A DNA stretch of 64,000 nt from Haliotis rufescens (taxonomy: Eukaryota): NCBI RefSeq assembly GCF_023055435.1, contig NW_025964375.1, positions 1,054,001-1,118,000 of the forward strand, in the 5' to 3' direction. The notes under the pieces are model-generated. The model was not told where the DNA came from. It ran no database searches and saw only the letters and a list, made by a program, of their open reading frames with translations. Positions 43,309 through 57,055 of this stretch are shown here, one piece after another; position 1 is the stretch's first letter, and each line of letters starts with the position of its first letter. Both the position numbers and the translations under genes were made by a program.

Positions 43309-46300
43309 TCAGGAATCATCCAGTGTTTTTAACATGTCAACAAGTTTCTTCTGATATGCCTCATCTAGACTTTTCATTACCTCTGCCGTAAAGGTATTAT
43401 CTGAAATAGGATGGGTAATCACATGATTAAATCCACAACGATATTACCAGTGCAAAGTCTCATCCTCTTAAGCGTGAGAACTTGTCTACAGATAGATAAA
43501 AGGAAAACCACAATTTACTTTACAGTAGGGGCAGCTTGTGTTGCAAAGAACTCACTAAAACCCATAAGCCAAAAAGGCCACACTGACAAACAAAATATGT
43601 ATTCCTATTTGTGCTGCATGTTTGTCAAATGCCAAAAATAAATTCAAATTATTTTTGGCAGGATTAGCAGTGAGTTGGGCGCAAGGCTTCTTTGAACAGT
43701 ATTTCAGTTCTATCACTGCCTTTCAGCTTGATATAGGAGGAAACACTGCAGTGTTGCAGGTCTTCAAAGTTTACTTCTTTGGTGAAACCAAGAATCATTA
43801 ACAGGGATTCAGAATTTCAGACCCACACAGGTAGACTTTGACAGAGGGACGCAACACTGCACAGAATATTGCAGTGCCTGGGTCACCCATGGTTCCCCGC
43901 ATGATTAGTCTGTCAACATATCATTATATCAACTACTACATGCATGTATATAAGTACAGGCTATTGATTGGCACACTGGTCACCAATAAACACCGGCTCT
44001 GTCATTTCTACTTGCCATAAGCTGTGGGGGTACAACACTCACCTTTTCCCATTAAGAAGGCAGCACAGGCAGCTTTCTCACACAACACTGCTATATCAGC
44101 CTGGTCAGCACAGCCACCACTCTTCAGTGTAAAATGGTAGGCAGGCCACCAGGACTCGCGCTCACGCCAGCAGTCTTCCACCACAGAGATGTTTAGTTTC
44201 AACTTGCTGAAAGAGATTTAAACTCCTGTGTACAAGTTCCCCAAGTTGTGTCCCACCTTTAGAAGAGGACAAGATAACCTTTGATTGCTGAACATGAACT
44301 GACCTGAACTAACCAATCAGATATCATTCAGGTGATAAGCATCAGAACCAACGAGAAAGTAAATTTTGTTTAATTTCATTTTAAACAGTAGTTTTGTAGT
44401 ACCACATGTCAGCTCAATGTAGAAGAACACCTGAAATGATGCAGGTGGTCCTAGATGTCACTTTGGTGTAACCCACATGTGAATGGTGCGGACAGACAAA
44501 GAAACAAGCAGGGTGAATCTGGGATTCCAACCAATGATCAACAGATCCTGGAATGACTAAGGGATGCAACTCCGCATATTGCAGTCTCTTAGATGACAGG
44601 GCCACCAATGTCCCTCTGGTTTTCGAAGGCACCTGTGTTTCTAGCATTCATATATAAAATTGGAACACACACATTTCCAGGTGGGTAAATGAGAGGAAAA
44701 TGTGTGTCACCAGGTACTTGTTTTGTATACTCACACTGATTGTACAACCAATATCCTAGTTTGTAACATACAGGGATACATAGATTAGGGGGAAAATGAA
44801 TGAAGTACCACCTGTGCAGTTAACTTAAATGTACTAGTTAGAAGCATATAGTCTACACAAAATGTTTCAAAAATGTTACCTAGAGTATATGTGTTGCAAG
44901 TATTTCCTAAACTTTTTCCATGGAGTCAATTTGTGTTGCCAGTTGCAGTAGTCCAGGAGGTTGAACAGCAGACTCCCGACTGAGTGACATTCTGAGTGAC
45001 AGCATGTATGTTTATTAATGTTTGAAATTAGGAATGACATCCGACTGAGTGACAATCTGAGAGACAGGACAAATTAATGTTTGAAATTACGAATGAAAGT
45101 CGCAGGGGCGAGTCTTTGTGATAACCCTTGTACACAAAATTCAGACGATCCCTCGATTCAGGTACTACTATGTACTGAAGGACTAAACCTCAAGAACCTA
45201 AGAAACTCTATATGAAAATGACCAATACCGCCAATCGAAAGACTGTTTTACAATTATACTGGAACAGTATCAGCAGGTACCATGGGAGTCACTTTCTTCA
45301 TTTACTTTCTTTTCATCCCCCTACACATAATAGAGAAACTAGTTATACATATTCTACATTTACTTTATCTATATTTCTGCACAGGTCAAAGTCTGTAGGA
45401 CATACCATTCAAAAGGTTACACAACTTTAATATGAGAGGATTAGATGGATCCCTTTTCACAAGCCCCTGAAACAAAAAGATTGTGTGAATAGTCTAATTA
45501 TAGTGAGTGAGCATGGTTTTATGCTGCTTTTAGCAATATTCCAGCAATATCATGGTAGGGGGACACCAGAAATGGGCTTCACACATTGTGCCCATGTCGG
45601 GAATTGAAGCTGGGTCTTCGGCGTGATGAGCAAACGCTTTAACCACTAGGCTACCCGACCGCCCCAGTCTAATTATAATGGGAATCATCCACAAAAGGTC
45701 AGCCACTCCCACATGACAAGCTATTAAAGAGGCTACCATCAGTAAGGCCAAAAACATACATTTTGAGAGACTTCACTTATGAAATCAAACATTAACATTT
45801 TGTTAGAAAGTAAAATTGGATGAAAATAATGGCATATGGAACAAATGGAACCAGTGATCAGCAACAACACCATGGATGAAATAGTGATTTCTGCAATTGT
45901 CATACAAATGAAATATGAATCCCAACTGCTGCCAATGTTTATATTCAAACACCATTACCCAGAAACCATTCTTATTTACAGCCTTATACTGTGTTTACAT
46001 TTATCCACTGCCAAGCCCCAGGCAGGGTAACAACAAATACCATTTCTTAACATCTTTTGGTAGGACAAGGACAGAGGATCAAACTACTGACCTTCCTATC
46101 TCCAGGCAGATGTTCTATCCACTACACTGGTTCTCTCCTTACCTTAAGGCACCCTATCTTGTCTTCATCTGAAGAGCCATGTTTGACATAGAAGTCGTAG
46201 ATGTATCGGTGAGAGTTGGGGTTGTCTGGGTTCTGGTCCCGGTATCTGGTCAGCACACTCAGCGCAGCATCCTTCCCCTCAATCTCCTCCTTCATCTGTT

Positions 46301-49300
46301 GGGAATATTAACATGAAAACGAGCCATTTACTAATATGTTCTTGGACAGGCTGGTACATTTGGAGGTAGTTGGAACTTGGGACCAGAAATATTGGAAATA
46401 AACCATGTGGCAAAATTAAAACCAAGTATCTGTGGTAATTTAATGAAAATCAAGTCTTCATCTATCTTTTCTGTCGTTAATCTGGATTTTCCTAACTTTT
46501 ACTCGGTTTACAAATAGATGCTTAATTTATTTAACTATTCTCAACATTTTAAAGGTTAATTCTTTGGAAATGTAATACGTCTAAAACAATACATGTATAT
46601 CGGGTACAATCATGAAATTGAATTCATACACTTTTCAAATTTTGGCAAACAAGGAGGAATTGTCTTGCATGGGAATTTTCCAATGATTTATTTCATGGAA
46701 CAAATTGCCAAGAAATCTGATACCCTGCATTGTAAAATGAACGTTTATTTTTCATGAAAGCAGTGTTCAACTGATACCTCTGGCCCATGAAGATTCGGGG
46801 TAGAATCTAACAGGATCGGGTGGTCATGGTCGCGGACTTGGTTGATGCATGTCATCGATCCCAATCGTGTGGATGGATGCTCATGTTGTCAATCACTGGA
46901 CTGTCTGGTCCAAACCCGATTATGTACAGACCACTGTCATTTAGCTGGAATATTGCTGAGTGCGGCGTTAAACAACAAACAAACAAACAAACAAAAAACT
47001 GATACCTGTGTGAGTTTAACAATGAAAGTGTCCCACACCCCAGGCTGGTCACACACATCGTCCATCAGCTTGATGGCCTTCTTGGCATGGTGGACAATCT
47101 TCATCTCATCATAGTTAGCTTGGGATGACGATTGCCACATCTCTCCTGCAAACAAAGTCAGAGTTACTGGAGGCAGTGGTCAAAATAACCTTCTGCATGC
47201 TTGCAAAATGCTAGTGTAATATGATTTGGATCGATAATTGTACAAAACTAGGTGAGGTGAAATTAGGTATGCATATGCATGTGTGCGTGCTTGAGTGTCT
47301 GCTTGTACTAGTCTGGACTTACACTGGTTTTATAGTGCTAGCCCACTGAGATACCATGCCACAGTTTAATATGGATACCCCACTTGGATAAATCTTTCGG
47401 GATGATGCACCCGGGCATCGAAACACAGGCCTTCTGCTCTCTGGGCAGACATTTACAAAACTAGACTGAATTTCTAGCTGAAAATCCCAAGCAACTATTG
47501 CTAAAGTCTGTTGACATTTCATTCCATTTTCATTTATCGCTCGATCAAATCCATGCACTTTTAAAAGCTGGGTTCCTGCTAAGTTATTGTGATGTTGCAC
47601 AGGAAAGGAACAACACACATCCCAACATCTGGGGCAGGATGCTGAAACCAGGAATCTGAGGACATGGTGAGGATGGTTCTTGTGACAGTTGTTATGACTC
47701 TGACTGTTGTTTCTCATCAGTCAGATGTTCACGTGTCTGACATTGATGAAGATTGATGTAGACAAGAGATAATGTAGCTTCACCTTTGAACTGCAGTGAT
47801 GTAACGCAGAGTATATCAGCCAGTTCAATTATAACATATACAATAATTTAATATATTTATTTGTCTTGTGTGTTAGAGCAAAATATTAATCAAAATACAG
47901 TTAACAAGTAATCCAAAGTTCACCACTTTCAATGTTTGAAAGTAAGGTGGGTCCTAGGTTCCTTGAGATTTTGCTGTGGTAGCATATGAATCTGAGATTT
48001 TCCTGAATCTTTTTAACATTAGGGTAATGACATTAGGGCCAGACCCCATTACTTTCATGCTTAATTGTGGACACTGGCTGTGGTGATACACATGGCAATT
48101 AGGGTTGGCGTATTGGCACATAATTTCGTATTGAAATATATCACAATACGGAGAGCTGCATTGCGATAATTATTGCAATACATATTGAGGCCCTAATTAT
48201 ATATATTTGAACTGTTCAAATGGATCTTCTCCATTCAATAATCCAGACTTCAGATTACGAGATTGGTAGTATGGATATTTGAGACTACCTATTATGCCAT
48301 CAATATGGAAAGTTAATGTAAACAGCACGAAGTTTACATTGTTTAGATAGGAACCCAGTCCATCCAAATGCTTCAGGATGGAAGATATTAGGGCTGTTAC
48401 AATTCACTTGCGTATTCGGTGAATCGAACCGTATCCATTCATGAATTGAATTCGTTATTCGTGGCCACTAGAATCGAATATTTATGAATATGCAGTCATG
48501 TGCATTTACATACCCTGTACCTAAAAATATCCATAAGAACATATTATATGCATAGATGTCTTCAAAAGACAATACTCTCATAATATTTAATTTGACAGTA
48601 TTGTGGTCACTGGTCATTGTCGCATTTGTGCAGATACTAGTTCCTGGATAAGTGCAGTATATAAATGTATAATATATTAATAATTAACAAACCATGTCAA
48701 GTAATTGATGTTGTTATTGTTTCACTGATTACAACAAATAATACATCAACTGCTGACTTGTTATTGTATTCGTGAATTGCTATTCGTATTCATTACCATA
48801 TATTCGTGATACGAATCGTATTCGTCTCACAGTGTATTCGTTGCAGCCCTAGAAGATATAATTATTATAAATATATATCAATTCTTCTGAGACTATATTG
48901 GAAAATATCAATACACAAAGGTTGTATACGGTATGTGTATTGCTGACAGCCGTATTGCAATATACCGGTATACCAGTAATATTGTCTTTTACAAAGAATT
49001 CTAATTGTGGCAAATCAAGAGTTGAACCCTCAAGCAGCAGACCCTGGCAGCCAAGGGAGACAACTCTGCATGGTATGAGATGTATGAGACCTGTACCACA
49101 GTGCAACCTGGGCCATGATGTTGCATTATCCTTTTTTAAAATTTGTAAAACCTTTTATATGTAAAGTGTGTGTAAAATATAAAATATTTTACATATCATA
49201 TTGTTGGGATACATCATCTGAAGTAAGTCACCTTCAGTTTCTTTCCCTTGCATGCTGTGTTTGAGTTGCAGCCACTCAATGTAATACACCAGCCCCTTGT

Positions 49301-52300
49301 AGGCCTTGTAGACGAAAGGAGGGTGGGCTGGCAGGTTCACTGTTCTGTCAAAGCTGGACTTTCTTTTATCCTGAACACAGACATGTAAGACTCAGATCGA
49401 GGGGAGTATCTCCATCAATGGTGGGAGCTTGATCAGTAACCAATTGTCATATCTGGATCATCTATGGTGGATCTTACTTTGCATGGCTACAAATGTAATG
49501 AATCTTGAAGTACTATAGTTTGAATGTTATATAACCTCTGTCACCAACAATCTAAATACAAACCATCCAAAAAGGGTAAAAAATGGCACTAATCCCATAG
49601 TCCTTGCCAAACTGCCCAATAGCTAAGGTATCATAAGGACAAGTAGACATTTGCCCTTTTTAAGGGCTTTGCTAAATGTTATCTTTATAAGGACTAGTGG
49701 ACTAAAACTCATTCTATCGCTGTCTAAAGTGACTCTAAAGGTTGAGGGGGTCCTTGGTCCATGCATATTGCACAGTATAATAATATGGGGACCCCTTAAA
49801 TCTTTAATCTTTATCCCAAGGAACCCTTGATTCCTTAATTTCAGAGTGTGTGTTTCTGGACCAGACAATCCAATGATTCATACTACGAGCAACAATCCCT
49901 TAAGTCACCTCATAACCTGGACCTAACCACAGATTCCCAATTTAGTTGTCTCTTACGACTGGCAGTGGGATGTTGGGTTCCAACAGAGTTTAAATTAAGA
50001 ACATAATTAGGATAGTAAAGGGTTTGACAGGGGAAAACTAAATTAAACTACTGGCACAACTAGAAGCCTCCCCTAACATCACGTCAAGTCACAGGCCATC
50101 AAGAAAATGATGTAGTCTAGAAACCTTGAGTCTGGAGGCGGCTGCAGCATCTGACACTCTCCCCTGCTGCAAGAGGTACATCACATACTCAAGTATCACA
50201 TCCTCGGCATGCAAGTCCTTAAAAAGTTTCAACTGCCTGAAACATACATATCTACAATTAGACATCATGATTATATATGTCAATATGGATATACAAATAC
50301 AGTAAACTATGGTTATAACGAACTCGAAGGGACCACTAATTTTAGTTCATAATAACTGTAATTCGTTATAAGCATATATACAGCATTTCAACAAATGATT
50401 GGGACTAAAAACTAAGTCTGTTATATCGGTTAGTTCGTTATAAGCGTGTTTGTTATAAATATAGTTAACTGTATCTACTTTTAATGAATAAGTCACTATT
50501 ATAACAGTATGAATATTCACAATTCACACGCGGGTACAATGTCTGAAGCCTATCTATGGTGTCTCTTGCCATGTAATGGTTGAAATATTGCTGACAGTGG
50601 CCAAAAAATGTTGTTACTCCATCAGTTTAGATGTCAAAATATTTCTGAAATATCTGGCACTGTAAGTCAGTAACAGGACGTTTTGTTACTTTTACAGTGA
50701 ATGAACTGAAGAGACAATATTTTACCTGCATTCTGTGAGTTTCCAATGTACACTGTATTTAAGGGCACCTGTCAATATCTACCATGACATATATCATGAA
50801 TATGGTCAACTGTACAGCAACAAACCTGAACAACTGTGATATGAATGCATCATTTTCTTTAGCGTTGCTGTACATCACTTCCATACCTGCCTGGAACAAG
50901 AGATGATCACTGACTGAATATGTTGAACATGGTTTGTGTGTATGTGATTGGTTCATAACACTGCACTCAGCAATATTCCAGCTATAGGATGGTGGCTTGC
51001 AAATAATGGAGTCTGGACAACACAGTCCAGTGATTTGTAAACAAAAATGAGCAATGATTCTCATCAGGGTACTTTGATATGCCATCAACCAAGTCACCGA
51101 TCCTGATAACCTGATCCATTCAGTCACTTCTTATGACTAGCAAAGGTTGATGGAACCAATCTCAACCCTGAGAAATCCCCATGGGTTCCCAGTATAGTTG
51201 CCTGCAGTCGTGAACTCGGTTCAATGAAACCAGTGACCTCAGCACATGGGTTTCGCAATGGTGCGAAATCTGCACGTACGTCTCGCAATGGCACGATATC
51301 TGCACGTGCGTCTCGTAGGCTGTTCGCAGTTTTTGTTCTATCAAGGGTTTACAATGATTGTAAGCCCTCCTGCGAGGTGTTACAATCGTTGTAATACCTC
51401 CTACAAGGTGTTACCACAATTAAAAAACTCCATATCGAGTTACACAAACAGCCAGTAGGTTTATAAGTGTGCACTATACTCCCAAGAAACACAGGTTTTG
51501 AGTATTTACCTCGATCATGGAACCCATAAGCATTGGGGAGCTCTGTACAGCAAATGTTTGCACCTCAGACAACTGGGAACCTGATGGAACACCCCCTCCA
51601 GCCTACTTTATATGAAGAATGTGTGAAAGTAAAAGAATATACTTAACCTCATTTTGGGGGCAAGTTACCAATATCCTTCCACAAATTAGACATGCCTATA
51701 GTGGAGATTTGGGTAAATCATGTACCTTCCAAATCGTCTGTGATGTTCCTTTTGGTTCGTAAGCCAGAGCTTGCAGTATTTTAACAGCTCCTTGCCAGTT
51801 ATGGGTCAGGAAACACTCTTGTAGCAGTTTGAAGAACTGGGGGACAATATATGTGTGTCCTTTGGCTCTTGCTTGGTAGTCTAATCCAGAGGCTGCAACA
51901 TACAATGATAAGGTATACACGGGGCCTTGAGAAAGTATCCAAAGGAGAGTTGCAGAACATGTCCATAGTATGAATGAACATTGACTGATGAGAACCGAGA
52001 AAATGACCATAGAAGTAACTTTAACAAAGAAGTATATTCAGTTCCCAGTTGTCCATGTTCCCATATAACCGCCTTGATTATTCTCACTTGTCATCTTGAA
52101 ATCTTCTATCAGCTGATAAAACCATTGTTTGACTGATTCCTCATCCACTTCTTCATCCAGTGCTATGTAGCGATTGTGGGTGCTCTTTGTAATCAACACC
52201 AACAATTCCTCCTGCATAGAAAATACACAAAATATATTGTGAAATAGGGCAATTTTCTACCCACGTACCCCTCCAACCCCCAATTACCCGACCCTACCTG

Positions 52301-55298
52301 GATACCTGCTGTGGGTCTCAAGGGTAGGGTACAAAGTTTCCACCACTTGGGAATTGTTTTACCAGAGCCCTGGCAAAAACTATTTAGATACGCATATAAA
52401 ACGATGTGATCATGTATACACTGAATCTTTATCTTTACTCACGCATATAAAAGTCTGAAAGAATATGTGCATAGTTAGAAAGAAACATGAACATTTGGTG
52501 AGGTGAAATGGGGTTTAATGTTGCATCTAAGATTATTGCACTTATTTTGCAAAGTGCTTGCAAGTGTGTGTGTGGTTGTGTGTATGGCTGCTTGTACTAG
52601 TCTGAACTAATGCCGACTTTATAGTGCTATTCCACAGAGATCCCATGCCACAGCTTAGCTTAACATGAATACTCGACTCCAACAGTATACCGACCAGTAC
52701 TTAACATGAATACCCCATTCAGACTCCAAGCCGACCAGTCCTTGTTTTAGCCCTTAATGCCGAGCGCCAGACAGGGTAACAACAAGTACTATTTTTAACA
52801 TCTTTTGGTATGACGCAGTTGGGGATTCGAACCCCGGACTTTCCGCTCTTGGGGCAGATGCTCTACCACTAGACCACGGAGGCAGTCCCTGCGAACATTA
52901 GAGAATTGTAGTGTAACCATGGAGTTCTATTGTTATTGTCATTTTAAAACAGTATATCACAGGACTACCCATGGATCCGGGTAGTCCTGTGTGTACCCAG
53001 GTCCTACTCAGGACCGATCTGACCCAAGTGACCGAGCTACCCATCCCAGCCCTATTGTAAAACTACCACATCATATGACATATGATCCATATTTCAGGTA
53101 TTTCAGTTACGACAGATTATGCTGAGCCACCCATGCTCCTAAAAAATACTAATGGAGTCTTTACCAATCACAAGCCAGATGTCATGGACAGAAATTAAAG
53201 GGGCACTGATCTAAAGCAATTCTCCGGGACTGGTTGTTGCCTTTGTTATTATTTTTTCCCGTGAGTACCCGGATGATATAGCAGAAACCTAGACTAGTTC
53301 GCGACCTGTGCTGCGCAATTCGTAAGCGCATTTGTCACTTTTTTATTGATAGTTTTAGGGCGTATGGTCACATTGATCAACAAAATCAAATACAGTTTTG
53401 GAAATAATAAGGAAATGTAGGTATCTTTATGGGTAGCATCGGTAATGGTGACGAAGTTTTGATTTGTCACTTGCTTGGAATTGTGCGATTTTCGTTTACA
53501 CTATATTGACTTGCAACACAAATTAACAAAAAAGTAAATATTTCTCCTGAGCATTGCTTATTTTATCGTGTTTATATTTTTACAGTCAAAATGTGCAAAA
53601 TTTTCACCTAGGAAATTTATTAAACGCCTGAATATTCAGTTATTTTACAAATTGACTGAAAACTTTGTCCATCTGTATTATTATGACAACATTTCCAAAC
53701 ATTTTTATGTTCAATATAATCACCAAGAGACTGAAAATGTTACGATGAAAAGTACATATCTATATTGTTTGGCTTCTAATCCTACATAATAATCTATTGT
53801 GATGTTTTTAGGCCCTTTTGATCGTCTTAATCAATTTTAGTCAATCTGTCAAAAAAATGGGCATATTTTTCAGTCAAAATGACTGAAATATTTACACATT
53901 TTATAAATTGCCTGAGATAATCACATTTTACAAATTGATTGTAATATATACACACTTATAAAGGAAAAGACTTGTAAAAACAACATCTATCGTGCATCGA
54001 AGAATTTCCCAACCAAGACGTAGAGGAACAAGAATGAATCTGTCCAATGCTACAGCAAATGAAGGAAAACAAAATGCAAATATCATAATTACAACCTATC
54101 AAATTTATTTGTATAATTTTAGGCAACTTCCTTGTTTGAGGAATGTATCCATGAATATCCACACAAAGGAATAATACAAAAAAGTAAATCAACTGATCAT
54201 TCATCTCTTGCTGGGCTGCCACGTGTATATTACATAACACACATTTCACTTAACTTCAAACCTGGATTTAGATTGAATAATTACCCTAGACACAATAAAT
54301 GCCAAATGGGAACCTTTGTCAGGTATTCTGAGTGGTGCTACCACTAATTATACCTGTAATAAATTCATTAACTGAGCATCAAGTGAATGACAACAAATAC
54401 ACAAGTGCAGGGTTATACCAGAAAACGTGGATGACAACAAGGGAGTACCAGATCACGATCTGAAAAATACTATCATGAAAGTGTATACCGTGGATAAGCC
54501 GACACCTTTCTACAGAATCTTTTTTCTGGTCCTCAAAATTCGGCTTATACGCAGTCATATACGGTAGTAATCGTATTATCGACGCAATCCGAAATCCGAA
54601 AATGCTTTCACTGCATGGATATTTTTTGATTATTATTAAACTTTAACAATCAGGGGTATTTCCAAATGACGACACCTGATGAGCTCCGCTGTTCTTTTTG
54701 TCTGTTTGTTTAGTCTGTTTAACATGCACCCTTTGTCGAAATCTTTATAGATCACGGTTAACCAATCAGTTTTCAAAAATGAGTAAATCAAATATTGCCG
54801 CCAAGTTTATTTAGCTGTCCTTGCAGACGGTAGCCCAGTCTCTTGTCACGCTCAGTTGCGTTGCGTATCGTTCGGGTAGTCACGGGGAAAAACAATAACA
54901 AAGGCAACAACCAGTCCCGGGGAATTGCTTTAGATCAGTGCCCCTTTAAGGTAAGGAGGAACCAGTAAAGGGGAGACAATTTGTTGGCTTATTTTATGAG
55001 CGCTTTGATGGGTATCACTATCCTGAAAACACAATGTAATGTCGTGTTTCCGAATCCCGAGAATGATTTCTGTTATTATAGCTGATAAGTCGTAATTGTT
55101 ATTATTATTCTGAGGATATCGGCGACTGACACAATGAATTTGTGCATCTGACAAACGTTTAAACATCAGCCACAAATTCGGTTTATTCAGAAATTGGTAT
55201 CGTAAGATTGTTGATCCTATTATCATGCAAATTTCTGACTTGTACACACATACCAAACGTTTCAAAGAACTGGACATATCGTCGTCATCATTATCCAT
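43309..55298 (-). CDS. TAF1A: TBP-associated factor, RNA polymerase I subunit A (SL1/TIF-IB), ~457 aa
   Basis: Exons 55254-55298 (less certain), 52088-52211, 51726-51892, 50826-50890, 50125-50236, 49232-49370, 47006-47145, 46143-46295, 45406-45466, 44880-44991, 44043-44206 and 43309-43400 are all phase-consistent. Motifs AYKGLVYYIEW, PGVWDTF, NPNSHRYIYDF, LLDYCNW..PWK and RESWWPAYHF resemble TAF1A. Confidence 0.85.
45503..45665 (-). mobile_element. SINE family A copy in TAF1A intron
   Basis: Perfect 12-bp TSD AGTCTAATTATA at 45491-45502 and 45666-45677. Confidence 0.92.
46783..46996 (+). mobile_element. Family C copy inserted at a TAF1A exon/intron boundary
   Basis: 14-bp TSD AACTGATACCT(C/G)TG at 46769-46782 and 46997-47010. 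The head has an internal deletion. Confidence 0.88.
48389..48851. mobile_element. hAT-type MITE
   Basis: TAGGGCTG...CAGCCCTA ends, a perfect 8-bp TSD GAAGATAT and subterminal GTATTCG/CGAAT repeats. It appears nested in an older TAGGG-type element (~48100-48990). Confidence 0.88.
50298..50473. mobile_element. Tigger-like MITE
   Basis: TA-CAGTAAACTAT ... ATAGTTAACTG-TA ends and internal GTTATAA repeats. Confidence 0.78.
52245..53054. mobile_element. hAT-type MITE hosting a family D SINE
   Basis: TAGGGC...GCCCTA ends, TSD TTGT(G/A)AAA and subterminal TACCC repeats. Confidence 0.75.
52497..52889 (-). mobile_element. SINE family D (tRNA head, Meta-like central domain, (CACCT)n tail)
   Basis: The minus strand has a TGGTCTAGTGGTAGAGC..GGTTCGAATCCC head, then TCATACCAAAAGATGTTAAAAATAGTACTTGTTGTTACCCTGTCTGGCGCTCGGCATTAAGGG, resembling the MetaSINE central domain. 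Other copies occur at ~1590-1925, 23298-23575, 28546-28674, 45990-46130 and 47250-47382. Confidence 0.85.
54840..54950 (+). other. Candidate non-coding first exon of MCFD2
   Basis: CpG-rich stretch ending in the strong donor AAG|GTAAGG at 54950/54951, with CCAAT at 54761. The MCFD2 ATG exon has an acceptor at 57043, so an upstream exon is required. The start coordinate is approximate. Confidence 0.4.
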
Positions 55299-57055
55299 GA
55301 CGCCACCAAAACGCTGGGTAAACAGTTAAATACAAGCAGACGGCACTTCCTCCACGTGGAAGAAAAGTCCTACTTTATTGACAACATATTTTATTGCGCA
55401 CACAATACAATACAATTTAGAAGATATAATATCAAAGCCCAGGAAATATGTAATATGTATAATAAAGAAAATAACATCTTCATATTGTATTCGTTGTATA
55501 TTTCTAAACATAAGAAGAGTCAAGTACTATATCCAACTAGATATTGGATTATATATTTTATATTATTAGTTGACTTTCCAATAGTACTAGATATATCGTA
55601 TCTCCAATCACACAAGATCGTCTTGTTCGGACGAGTGACACCTCATCGTTTAGAATCACTCGGGGATATATGTTCATCCTTATTTTCTGTAAGTATATGA
55701 TTTATTGCTGAAGAAACTGTGACGAAGTGGTGATTTATTGCACCCTTCAGAAGTGATCAGATACAATTGAGAAAGTAACTGTCGTGTATAACAATATGAA
55801 GATGCAGCAGAGTCAACAAATCACTTAGTTCCATATGGCTCACCGGCACCGAATCTGTTTGATTGTGTTTTCAACACTTTAAAGGGGATTCTTAGTGAAC
55901 CATAGACAATTCCCCAGTAAGTTTAATTTCTTGTAACAACGTACTATTTAACTGTTTAATATTTTCGAACATAAATCATGTATCCTACATCTGTACATAG
56001 TCTAGATTCTATTCGTTAACATTTCAAATCGTATTATATCCTGGACCCCAAATAATAAAGAGAAATGAAAAAGACATGAAAGATCCATGGACCCACAAAT
56101 CACTTGCAGAACAACATTCCATATCTCTGTTTTTGAGTTTTGTTGCATTTTGTTTAAGAAGTACATTCATCATACATGTGATAATCATGATCATAATCAA
56201 TGAAAAGCACCAAACTTAAAAAAGAAGGTTGAAGTGTATACAACTTAGATCCTACATGTTCAACACATTCCCTTAATCCGAATATTGTTCAGTTGTCAGA
56301 AGAATACGAACATTTATCAAAAATGAATTAAATGGAATAAAACAACTATGGATTTAAATGCATAGATCTAAATTTATTGAGTTCCATAGCTTTAAAATAT
56401 TCTCTTTAATATTGTATTTTAAAGTATATACATGGTATATTGCAAACACTTCAGTTACAAATAACATCAGTGCATTTACAAGCATAAGCTATAAATCAAG
56501 TACCTCTTTTCATGTTTTATATGCCCAAGTAAGAGGACACTACAGACTGTTTGAGAAAAGTGCATAAAAACTCTTTTGCATAAACTGAAATAAACACATT
56601 TTCTTATGATTTCTTATTAAATACTTACTAGTATGATACTTTAGTATAAGTTAATTCCAAAGACTATTCTGGAACTAGACTAACATCTAGTCTCTGAAAT
56701 ATTTTACAGAAAAAACAGTTGCTGAATTATAGTTTATATAAAATATAATAAAAAGGATCCCAGAGACTTTCTTCATTTCCTGATACTGCAGTAATCTAGA
56801 CTTGCCAAACATTATAGACTTGCATGGGCTGTATTGGATATATTTGTTTCAGGGTCTGTATGACAGACTATTCTAGAACCATCTCTTGAAGATGCGTCGT
56901 TGCAGACATCTCAAATTGTGAAATTCCGTTCAAGCATAATTTTCGCTTGAAACTACAGTCATGGATTCTGTGTGTTGCTTTCATCATGTACATGTAATAA
57001 TTAATTTCTTACTGTAGATTCACTCTACATTCTTTGTTTTCAGGAACTTTTCAAC

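Noticed and set aside
45284-45320. Extra TAF1A exon after a TAG acceptor
   Set aside because: It hits an immediate stop in the required phase, and the gene model is complete without it.
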